64,000 nucleotides of DNA, taken from Fimbriosthenelais zetlandica (Eukaryota). Positions 50,062-61,053 of the stretch are shown here, piece after piece. How positions within the stretch are numbered: the stretch's first letter is position 1; every line of letters begins with the position of its first letter. Both the position numbers and the translations under genes were made by a program. Below the pieces are notes generated by a model. The model was not told where the DNA came from. It ran no database searches and saw only the letters and a program-made list of their open reading frames with translations. The stretch lies in the NCBI GenBank assembly GCA_977030845.1, contig OZ365110.1, forward strand, positions 23,560,001 to 23,624,000, written 5' to 3'.

Positions 50062-51456
50062 ATGGAGCCCACTGCAATGCTGCTCAATTTGACTGGACCC
50101 CTACACCAACCAGTTCACACTGGTGATTACTCTGGGGGAGATGCAGGTCTTGAAAACATGGCTCGAAATGACAGCAACTCTGTCGTTTTAGAGGATTCAG
50201 CCTCCCCTGTGAGCGCAGGAGAGGCTGTGGTCTTCGCCGCCTTCACCTCAGCTTGTATATGTGCCACAATCATTGGCAACATCCTTGTGATATTATCCGT
50301 GTTCACCTACAGACCTTTAAGAAATGTGGCCAACTTTTTCATCGTGTCTTTAGCAGTGGCTGATTTGGCAGTGGCTATCTTGGTCATGCCATTTAACGTG
50401 GCTAATTTCATCATAGGCCATTGGGTGTTTGGGGAAGTATTCTGCAACATGTGGTTGACGTTTGATGTATTAACATGCACAGCCTCAATCCTCAATCTCT
50501 GTGCTGTGGCTGTTGATCGTTACTACGCCATACATGACCCCATTAACTATGCCCAAAAGCGGACCATAGTGAGAGTCTTAATTTCTATAGCCATAGTCTG
50601 GCTGGCATCGGCTGTCATATCAGTGCCCCCTATATTTGGCTGGAACAACAAAGCTGACAGTATAGGATTATATGACAAATGGACTTCCATGTGTCAATTG
50701 ACAGATGAACGTAGTTATGTCATTTATTCGGCTTCGGGTTCGTTTTTCATACCACTTTTCATCATGACATTTGTTTATGTGAATGTATTCAGAGCCGTAA
50801 GAAGACGGTTACGAGAACGTGCTGATGCAGCCACGGCAGCCAAGCTAGCTGCAGCGGTCGGTAAAGGTAGCCAAAAAGGGACAGGATCTAAATCAGGAGG
50901 GTCCATGATCCAGAAGTCCACTGACTCAGCCACTCTAGAGGCAAGTTCCGGGGAGGCGGGTGACATGCAGGCAGGAGATACCGACAATGGATCCGTTCTC
51001 CCTTTGGATCAACAAGCGTCAGTGGGTTTTAGCTCAAGTAAATCGATGAGGAAACTGATGGAGGACACAGATGGTGTGAACAACAGTGGGTCCCCCTCTG
51101 TACATGACAAGAGAGATGGGGGAGGAGGTGGAGGAGGAGGAGGGGGGAGAGGCCAGGTCCAACAGTTCCTGGAAGAGAAGGCCAGGATTTCCTTGTCAAA
51201 GGAAAGGCGAGCAGCTCGCACAATGGCCATCATTATGGGTGTATTCGTGCTGTGCTGGCTACCCTTCTTCCTCATGTACGTTATCTTTCCCTTCTGCCCA
51301 TCTTGTGCCGATACGGACCCCCGCCTTATAAACTTCATTGTGTGGTTAGGGTACATCAACTCCAGCCTCAACCCTGTCATTTATACTATATTTAACATCG
51401 ATTTCAGGAGGGCATTTAAGAAACTTTTACAGGGCAATTGGCGAGGAGGACATTGA
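50062..51456 (+). CDS. Oct-TyrR: Intronless class A aminergic GPCR, tyramine receptor type 1 (Oct-TyrR/TAR1 family), 464 aa
   Basis: Seven hydrophobic segments and a TM1 GN motif, LAVAD in TM2. TM3 FDVLTCTASILNLC has the amine-binding Asp (D135), followed by DRY (D152) and DPINYAQKRT. TM5 is IYSASGSFFIP. ICL3 is long and ends ISLSKERRAART; CWLPFF and NPVIY follow, then a short C-tail. DPINYAQKRT and ISLSKERRAART are hallmarks I recognise from insect Oct-TyrR/TAR1 receptors. An in-frame TAA at 50002-50004 supports the ATG. N-glycosylation sequons NLT and NDS are in the N-terminus. Confidence 0.92.
   Translation: MEPTAMLLNLTGPLHQPVHTGDYSGGDAGLENMARNDSNSVVLEDSASPVSAGEAVVFAAFTSACICATIIGNILVILSVFTYRPLRNVANFFIVSLAVADLAVAILVMPFNVANFIIGHWVFGEVFCNMWLTFDVLTCTASILNLCAVAVDRYYAIHDPINYAQKRTIVRVLISIAIVWLASAVISVPPIFGWNNKADSIGLYDKWTSMCQLTDERSYVIYSASGSFFIPLFIMTFVYVNVFRAVRRRLRERADAATAAKLAAAVGKGSQKGTGSKSGGSMIQKSTDSATLEASSGEAGDMQAGDTDNGSVLPLDQQASVGFSSSKSMRKLMEDTDGVNNSGSPSVHDKRDGGGGGGGGGGRGQVQQFLEEKARISLSKERRAARTMAIIMGVFVLCWLPFFLMYVIFPFCPSCADTDPRLINFIVWLGYINSSLNPVIYTIFNIDFRRAFKKLLQGNWRGGH
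51118..51147 (+). repeat. GGA-rich trinucleotide repeat encoding Gly10 in receptor ICL3
   Basis: GGG GGA GGA GGT GGA GGA GGA GGA GGG GGG, in frame. Confidence 0.9.
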
Positions 51457-52397
51457 TACATGCTGACAAGGTTTTACTGCAGAATTTATCCCCTTGATAA
51501 AGAAAGGTTTGTATTATTAAATCTGATTATGAATCACTTGGGGCCTGGCTTCGCATCGACATGACAATTGCAAGACCTAAACAAAGGTTGAAACTCATTG
51601 ACAAAGTAAGTGCTAACTGTACTTAGCCCATCATCTCACACGAGCTTTCTAAAAACCATTCTTGTCTTCATCGGTATATATTATTTTCTGTTTCAGTTTG
51701 ATTCAAGATTATCATATATACATGTATATGTATGTATATACAAAACGGCATAGAGAAGAAGAAAAGAGTACTTCAAATTACCATTTGATTCACGAGCCAT
51801 TAAGCCACAGAAAATTATTTAAAAATTCATAAAAGAAAAAAAGGCTTTCCTAGTTAATGGGATGTAATGTAAAAGTGTATTAAACCCCATTGTACTTTTC
51901 CTTTAATATAATTTTTCGCCACAGTCATTACCTAAACGTACAAAAAGTTTCCACATTTTCCTGGTGGCGAATTGATCTCCCCATGAATGTTAAAGTATCC
52001 CCACATCCCTTTGTAAATGACAGGACCCTCTGCAATGTCAAGGCCTGTTCAATTTAATGTCAAAACAACTCAAAAAGACGGAGCCATGCAGTGAAGGGAA
52101 GGTTCCAGACTGCATCGTCATCATAACAGTAGTATTAACAGTGTGAATAGTGAGCCAAGTGCTATAATACATGCATAGAGACTGTGAGACTGTTCAAGTA
52201 TGAATTAAATATACCCCCGTTATATGGACAACGATAAAGATTATATAATGTTATTAAACGCTCAATGGTATTGGCTGTGTGTGCCTGAAGCCCTTTGACT
52301 GGGTGCACAATACCTGTCTTGCCAAGCTGTAGAGAGTAACAACAATTGTTTTGCACATGCGTTGCCAATTAATCAATGTGTCAGGCACACATGTAAA

Positions 52398-52542
52398 AAT
52401 AAACCTCAATTGATTAATCTTTCGAGTTTAATCAAGACAGAAAATTGTATACAAATGAAGGATTTATTAATTAACTGGTTCTGGAAGGCGTTGTTTGTCA
52501 AAGTGCTGTTACATATTGAAAATGACTTATGTTCTTAATAAA
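52398..52542 (+). terminator. Candidate polyadenylation signals for the receptor mRNA
   Basis: AATAAA at 52398-52403 and 52537-52542, about 1 kb after the stop codon. These are weak evidence in AT-rich DNA. Confidence 0.25.
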
Positions 52543-53351
52543 ATAAGAAACTGGTGAAAAGGATGTTAATGAGGTGTCTACTTGTTATTCTCCAGTTTTT
52601 ATGTAACATTAGTAAAGTTATCTGCGGTTGGATTTTATATCTGTTAAGCTCCTGGCTATTAACAGTTCAAGGTATTTTATCCCTATATATGATGGGAAGG
52701 GATTCAATCCTTTTTTCACGTCATGCTATAGTCCCACTCTGATTTCCTTCAGGCTCCAGGCTTTTTCTCCACCCAATACTTTGAAGCCATTTCGATGGCC
52801 TCGGGTCATGTAAGCTCCAAATAGAACCTGCTGTACAAATACATAACTGAGAGCCCTAAGACAACCCCATGGGATGGCTTTCCCACCACTCTGGTTGACA
52901 TATCCCTATTTCTTATTTCTTGACTCTGGCGCTGATGGGAGGAAAATCCATTGCGATACATGCAAGCAAGCAACACATCTTAAGCTGGTCTTCTTTCTTG
53001 GCAGACCTCCTCCAGAAGGTACTGTCAGCTTCCAGAAAAAAGAAATCAAAGAAGGAGCTATAAGTTGACGTTCTTATGGACTACATAGTAAAAGTCCCAC
53101 TTAGTTGTAGGCTTAGAGGCAACTGATAGCTTAGGAGAGGCCTATATGATAAAGGGGTGGGGGGCTAAAAATATAGCGGAAGCTATGGATTGCCTGGTGA
53201 TAATACCACTATTATTGGCCATGTTCTCTTTAAATATCAGTTACCATTTATGAGATTATTGCCTCGATTATAAATAGATTATATATAATGAAATTCATGA
53301 GTTAATATTGGCATGACATGCTAAAACTAAATTGGAAGGGAGAGTTTTGCA

Positions 53352-53647
53352 TGGAAGGTATTGTGTTAGATTAATAACTAGGAGTATTTTCTTCTCTTGA
53401 GAAATTTTGCAGCCTAACTCTTCATGATCAATATAAAGGTTTTCATTCATTTAGAAGTCTTATCCAGTATTGGAAGGTATTGGGTTAAATTAATAACTAG
53501 GACTAGGAGTAGCTAGTTTCTTCCCTGAGGAATTCTGCAGCCTAAATAGTTCTGCTTTGTTTTGTCATCAAGTCCCCATTTCATGGTAAAACTATTCATG
53601 ATCTATATAAAGGTTTTCATTCATTTAGATGTCTTTATGTCCAGAAT
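53352..53647. repeat. 119-bp tandem duplication with an insertion in copy 2
   Basis: TGGAAGGTATTG...TTAATAACTAGGA...TGCAGCCTAA...TTCATGATC.ATATAAAGGTTTTCATTCATTTAGA starts at 53352 and 53471. The second copy carries roughly 45-50 extra bp after GCAGCCTAA. Confidence 0.9.
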
Positions 53648-55940
53648 TATCTAGGTCTGTACATGAGGCTTGGAATGAATCAAAAAGAAAGAAACAAGGC
53701 TCTGATGTTGGTTTATGTCCTTTCCCTCGCTTTTATAGCAAATTGCTCTCATTCGCTATGCACATAACAGAACAATAATTACAAGGCCTAGGAGAGTCAT
53801 GTAAATAGACCCCCAAGAGGATAGCTACATCAGATGAGAAGCAATCCCAGACACCAATTGTGAACGTAATATACCTTGAGTGCTATCGCCTATATAGATG
53901 CATGGGAGTAGCGAAAATGCTGATTGTGTGGGGTGTTTTGCTGATGTGGCATTATATCAATTGTTAATTCATATAACATATTGTCAGGGTGTCCTCTTTC
54001 AGGTGTCCTCAGTGGGTGAGGAAAATTGAAAGGAAGCTCTATTCACAAGGCAAAATGCCACATGCCAAATTGTGATATGGCAAAAATGCATCGTTTATCT
54101 CTGCCACTTGCCTCAGGGAAGGTTACCTTTTCAAGCCAAACTTCTAGATCTACAAAGAATTTGAAACTTTTTTTGCCACAAGGACATCGGGGATACATGC
54201 TATAGTATTGAACAGCAATGTATGTGCAAATGTCATAGCATTTCTAATCCTTGTCAAAATTGTATTCGATGTTTTACCAGTAACGAATACTTCATAAATG
54301 ATGTATCTGCTAGCATCGTAGCATGTTCCCTCAGGGGATCAAGGTGATTAATTACCTTGGTGTAAGGACTTTAAACGTAATGACGGACGATGACAAAGAG
54401 TAGTCCCTCGGAAATTAGCCACATATAATATAAGTGTTTACATTGGATATATGATACATAGCCCTCTGTTCTTCCTTAACCCTGAATAATTGATGACTTG
54501 TCTGAAGGTTTTTTAGACATAACATTAGAGGCTAGCACCTTGACTGTTGAGAGAATTGGGAGAAAATAATTGATGGTTTCAGTGAGGCAGGTGTTTATAT
54601 AGTTGACAGGCTGGATGTAAATAGTCTTGAACCCCTTAAGGGGAAAGATTATTCAAAGCGTTAACACCTATTAGTAAGCTACTTCACACATATCATTCAT
54701 TCATCCATCCATCTCTATTCAAGCTTGAAAGCATATTTTTTACCTGAACTGGGGATTAGCACTGTGCATACATGTACATTTTGTCAAAAGAAATTCAGTG
54801 CATATAATTACATCAGGCAGATCTATGTCACATTCAACATTTCCTGGCGGAGTATGGTCCGCGACTAGTGGTTAATTACATGGTAATTACAGAACCAGGC
54901 AAAAGTTATGTAGCTTGCAAATTAATATGGTTTTTAAATGGTTAGGAGGAATACAACATTATATTTGTGTAGAAAAAGGTATAATGATTATGACACATTG
55001 ATTGCAACTTATACTCCTTGGCATGCGATTACAAAGTATTCCAAGTGCAGGACAAATTATTTTCTATATTACAAATGTTTTTAACAGTGCCGCTACTTCA
55101 AAGAAGACATTTTAGGCACTGTGAAACAATATGTTGGTTCAGCTGCTGCAATGGATTGGACTGAAAAAAAGATGGAATCAAGGCTTACTGCAATGGGTGT
55201 GTCAGAAATCGTTTTAAGTAACTATGTGCCTCAACTTTCTATCTCTTTTTATCAGCTGGTCGAAATCTGCTGATCTTTGCAAGATGATACAAGCCTCTAT
55301 AGCACTTATTTGTACCTTGAAATCCAGAAAACTACACATATTTGACCAGGTTTCCTTTTTACATAGATTGCAAAATATAATTTTGCTTTGTGATCTTCAG
55401 TGAGGGAAAGTAAACATGTTGTGCAGTTGGTGCCAACGTTGACACAAGACATCCCTGACATCCAGTGCTGACAAACAAGATTCAGTTGCCAGACATGGCA
55501 ACGCAATCACCTCATAATAAGACATTGGAATACTTCAAACGTCACAGGCACCAAGATCACCAATCTGATATCCCACCACTTGCGTAACAGTGGGTCAGGA
55601 GCACGACTGTGAATGAAGATGACATTAAGCTCTACCAATGTACCATAGATCGATAATGAATCAACATTAATTTTGACCAGACAGAGGGAACTAGGAAGAT
55701 TGAATGGAAATACATCGAAAATAGAACAGGGGGCTCTTGGTATAAGAAACTGTATACGAAGCTGACCAATCGTAATCTGAGGTGATAAATGTAAATTTTC
55801 TCGGTTATGGATTTCGAAGTTTTAGCACTGTTGTTAATTGGTAGAAAGCATCGATGTTTCTGAAGAGCGTATAAATGTATGTAGGCCTACACATATATGT
55901 TGTTCCGTATGTGGGTTGATGCCCATTCCTGGAAAAAAGA

Positions 55941-55987
55941 TTAGTTTAGAACACCTTATTGTATTAACATGAGGTGTTCTAAACTAA
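55941..55987. repeat. Perfect 16-bp-stem hairpin
   Basis: TTAGTTTAGAACACCT (55941-55956) / AGGTGTTCTAAACTAA (55972-55987). Confidence 0.75.
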
Positions 55988-57684
55988 CTGGGAACACAAT
56001 CATCGTGTGAAGATTATCGTGGAAATTTATTCTACAAACAGGATGTCCTCATAATTATATCTCAGTCCACTTCACTATGTTAAAAACCAAGATGACACAT
56101 GTGCCTACACATGCCTAATATAAAGTCATTAGGAAATGTTCATTACACTCACGCCAAGTGTCAGTGCCTCTAATGAATAGGTCAGTCACAATGAATGGCA
56201 AGGACCGATTCTGCCCTGATAAATCATCTCCACATCTTTCCTCTCCTTGGTGCACTATATTATGACGCGAAGAAATATGCCTGTTACTTGCATAAAACGA
56301 TATTCCTCCGCCCATTGGCAGTCATGGGAGGTGCTGTGTGTAAAATAAAGGAGATGACATGGGTGTTTTTTACTCCTCTCGGTCGGAGCAGCACATCAGT
56401 TTTGGTCATAGGTTGGGTGAGATTAGGAGAGTAGTAGATGAAAATAGGTCCAAGTCCCGGTCTGGTAATAAATATAGCCTGGGCCGAGCAGGCAGGCTGA
56501 TTGATCAACAACTGTAGAGAAATATAGTCCTCTGTGTGACGATACAGCCGCGGTGGCTTTGTGTCATTCATGACATAAGATTCATGTACCATATGTATTG
56601 GTATATTCAGTAAAATACGCAATATAATTCTGATTGAGGATATGTCCCTGGACTCGAGCTTGAACCTGAGGTATATGATATATAGCAATAGCATGTCGTG
56701 GTTGGATTGAGGGCATTTGGCAGTCCTAAACCAAGTTACGCAAGTGTAAAGGAAACATGTGGTAACATAGATTATTGTACAAATTCCATTGTGCAATCAA
56801 TTCTCTTCATAATTTATGTATATACACAGCGCCAATTGGCACAGTAATGAGTTATATTTCAAAGGTTTAAATATTTCAAGTGTTATGAAGAAGTCAAAAA
56901 GCCGTTGTCGTTGGTTAAAATATCATTCGTACATTATCTGTGACCATATTTGTCTATGTGTAATTTAGTTCAAATATAGCTTTACAGGGCAATTTCCGGG
57001 GTGAAATGAAAGTTTACTTCATTTCTTCTGGTATCTATATTCTCTTCAAATTTTGCCAATCTTATCATTATAATAGAACGCTGTGATAACCCACAATTTA
57101 TTCGAGAGCTGAAATTGCTTTGGTGTATCCTCTGTTGCTAGTGTTATTCATATGTACTAGTTCTCTTAAAGGCCATTTGGCAATCGCGTTGGTCTTGCAA
57201 TTGGATCAATAGAATTTAGAGATGCAATCTGCACAGCCTTCCGCCGTCCAATTGGGATCCCGCGTCTGTGGTCGTTCTCACCCATGTATCCATTTATTTT
57301 TCAAATGCTTGCTTTTCTTCTATGCAGTGGTGAGAGAAAAAGTGCTGGTTTCTCTTTTTTTCTTGACAAAAATTAAAGTTGCCATTATTATTTTGTTTGG
57401 GTTTTAAATAATGTAATTTGAGTAAAGAAAAAAAAAGAAGAAACATCTGCAGGTGTTGAGAGCATTATCACTGTCCTGATCTTTTTACTGCTGCTGTCCA
57501 GTGTTTTGAAAAGATTCCAAGTTTTTTTGGGTGGAGTGTTCACACACAGGTTAAACATTTGTGTGGGTTTCTGCAATTTCAAGAGAAGGCATGGTTTGGG
57601 TCTATTGAAGATAATGTATTATGCAGACCAGTGCATCAGGATTGGGTCGGATTTCTTTAGTTTGGAACTATCTACTATACATGC

Positions 57685-57799
57685 ATTTGATCCATAATCC
57701 TACAGATCGGGCCCAGTCGCCTGTAGATTTGATACATATTCCTGCAGATCGTGGGCCCGGTCTTCTGTAGATTTGATCTAGAATACTGCAGATCGATCG
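57685..57799. repeat. 42-44-bp minisatellite, about 2.7 units, each with an internal hairpin
   Basis: Units start ATTTGAT at 57685, 57727 and 57771, and contain CT(A/G)CAGATC..GGGCCC..CTGTAG. Confidence 0.8.
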
Positions 57800-60700
57800 A
57801 GGTCCCTGTCAACCCATACTCAAACAAACTGAATTCAACTTCCTAACATTTGGGCCCTGTATTCTTTTCTTTATGATTTTTCTCTGGTCTAGACCAGGGT
57901 GAATTTGTTTGTTAAATCTCATTGCACATTTATAAGTCAAGAGGTCACAGGGAAGACTGAATAAATTAAACCTTTTTCTCAGTAGTACTGCAACATAGCC
58001 TCATCAGGTATTGGATGTCACATATGCTGCTAAAATTTACCATGATGCCATGCCATCTGATCCTACTAATAGGTTTACAAGAAGTCAGCCATGTCTTACA
58101 CTCTCTGTGCCGAGGGGCATGTCCAATGGGCGTTATATGGCGACATCATTCAACAAATAAAAAATCCCTTTTCAGACATTTTCATGCAAACGAGGTTCCT
58201 CCGACATTATGCGCCATGAACACAAAATTTCCTCTCACGTACAAATCATGGAATTAGTCGACACTCTTTAAGTTTTGAGATAGATGGAAACTTATTTTTA
58301 AAGACTAGTCCGGATCTAAATCCAATCAAGCCCTCGGCTCATATGCAATGCAATCAAATCCGTCACTCCATCCACTCAAATCCAGGTGCATTAGGGTGGA
58401 AAGTACTTCCAACCTTTTCACCCTGTACCACTGGAAATTAGAATCGGTCTGGGGTCTAGCAGTCGAGCCGGCATTCATTTTTTGTCAGCGTTTGTGAATC
58501 TGTGGTAATGCCATTGCGCAGTCCTCATTGGGGACTTACATTCATCTACATTCAGCGACCCTAAGGTGATTGGGTCCTGACAAGGGCCTCTACTACTGGT
58601 GCCACCTCATGGTCTTAAGTGAACTCATTCACAGAGCAATAGAGGTCATATCCTGAGTTGGACTCACTTGTAGACTAATAACAAATATCCAGCAAATGCC
58701 ACCAAGTTGCCTGCTTAGGCCATTAGGCCGGTCCCCTACAAGGCTATATATCAGGCTGCATTAACTGCCTTCTCATAGCCAGGCACTCTGCTGCTCAGTT
58801 CCCACTTGCTTAAAACTTCGTTAAATGGATCGCATCCAGAATAGAAGGCCAAGTTAGTCTGTTTGATACTACAAAGGTAGTAATTCAAAGTGTAACACAT
58901 AGACGAACTTCCTGAGGTCACCTTGAAGTTACTAGATAGATACTGACAATGAGCGTGGACATTTTGCAAACATATATAATTGTTTCCTCAGATCACAACA
59001 AGGACTTGTGAGAAACTTTAAGAAATAACTTTTATTGTAAAAGTATAGAGACAATTCTTTGATATAGAATAATGAATGTAACATTGTGACTTACGATCCC
59101 TACTCTGCAGGGAAAGTTTACTTTGATATCTACTGGATAGCATTCGCTAGGGTCTCATCTAGTGCAAGTACAAAGCAGTAGTCCTTTATCCTGGCGAGAA
59201 GGTACAGACCTCTGCTAAGTGCTGAGAGAGTAACCATTGGTGCTACATTAATACTTTAGGTTTTAATGAGTCCTTGTCATCACATCCTAATGGAGATGGA
59301 TGGACTATGTAAGTAACTGTCTCCCTGGATTTCTCTAATCATGCGCACCATTTATGGCCCCAGGGGATTCGCCGCCCATTTATGCTATATATGTAATCTA
59401 TAGAAGGCAATATGTATAGCTAGGTGTAGTCGTACAGTCACTCAGATTTAGAGAAATTGGAAGGGACTAACAAATGGCTCATGTGGCATAAAACTTAAGC
59501 CTAATGTCTTTCCTAGAACGCCAGTGATGTAATGCCTTGTGAAACATAGTTATTATATATATTTATCCTGCCATTGCTTATTTATGCTTTTTCATTCGCC
59601 ATGCTATGAATTTTATACGACGAGAATGTCCATTGCCGATCTGTCTGTTGGAAAGGAGTCAATGCTGTGGTAACAAGTTTTGTGACAGGTTTAAATAAAA
59701 TTCTGAAGACAATTTTCATTGCAAGCAAAGAAACTTGATATCAAACTAGTGCAACTCAGTCTGGATGTTTAAAAACGTTATACCAGAGATGCAGTAACTT
59801 TTGGTTCTTAAGGTGGGACTCCACTGCTGCGATTTTAGTTGCGACACTATTGCGACAAAGGTGATGCCGGCTTTGGTAACTGCTTTTTGTCAACAAATTA
59901 CTGTGAAATATTTTCTATTTGGTCAGTCTGTCAGTAAAATTAATTCGAATTCATAATTACTAAATGATGACATACATGTACAGGTCTGCTTTCTTGCTTT
60001 AGGTAGATGATATTTCTATAGCAATGTTTCTTGAATGGACTTTCATGCGTAGGAGCCTGCATTATTGTTTCATAGTCATCTTTCTGGAACACCCCATGTG
60101 ATAATACCCCCAGGGGATGAATCATTTATGTAGGATTCTTTCGCTCCGTGTAGAAGGTATTTTTTTCATAATAAATCTGTGTAATCTGGCTTAAGCAGAT
60201 TTGGTGCTTAAGCGCCTGGGTTGATGGCACAGGGGATAACAGAAATGGAACCCAGGTGCAATACTGCTGTAAATTATCATCTCACAATACAATATTTAAT
60301 ACGGCATTTCGCGCTGTTAGATGAACAAAATCATCCATCCCTAATAATATTACATCTCCAGGGATTTCTCAGTCTGGGATCCTAGAAATAAATGACCTTT
60401 TGTCTATATATATAGCCTTACAAAACGCAATGGTGATTACTCACACCCCCAGCGAAGCTTTCGCCACCAAATCCACTTAAAAATAATCTACGGCAGACAA
60501 ATGAAGTCGTGATTTAATGACTGATTGAATATTGTTGTAGGTCCCTATTGTGTTCTGCAGGACAGGGAATATATATACAGTCCCTCTCTCCACATACCAC
60601 TCACTGCTTTGCAATTAAGAAAACGGTATGCAAATAAATGTAAGCATCGGGCAAGGCGCAGAGGTAATTAGGTGTCATCCCCAAGCCTCCACATGTTCTC

Positions 60701-61012
60701 TTCACAAAACTGGTACAAGCAAATAATAAGAGAGATAAGATTAATGACTAATCACAGCCAGGTTAATATAGGGAACACCAGGGACAACATGGCAGCAGAT
60801 GAAAGACATCAATTAAATATCTCGTACTATACACCATGTGTGTTATTTCTAGAAATTATTTAATGCTTTCCTATTACACTACCATATTGCTGATTATAAA
60901 GATTAGACTTACATGTAACGTTGCAACTTAAATATGATTTTTCAAACTTAACGAGACTGATTCACAGTCACACCGCGTGCTGCTTTCAAATGTGGCGTCA
61001 GAGACAGACCAG

Positions 61013-61053
61013 CGCTTTTGCCGCAACAGTCCCACGCTTTTGCCGCAACAGTC
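61013..61053. repeat. 22-bp-period duplication
   Basis: CGCTTTTGCCGCAACAGTC at 61013 and 61035. Confidence 0.9.

Noticed and set aside
51009-51380. 123-aa antisense ORF (and other short ORFs) overlapping the receptor
   Set aside because: Shadow ORFs expected opposite a GC-richer coding sequence. The poly-Pro is only the complement of the Gly repeat.
57685-57799. CRISPR-like array
   Set aside because: Eukaryotic context, under three units, no unique spacers and no cas genes.
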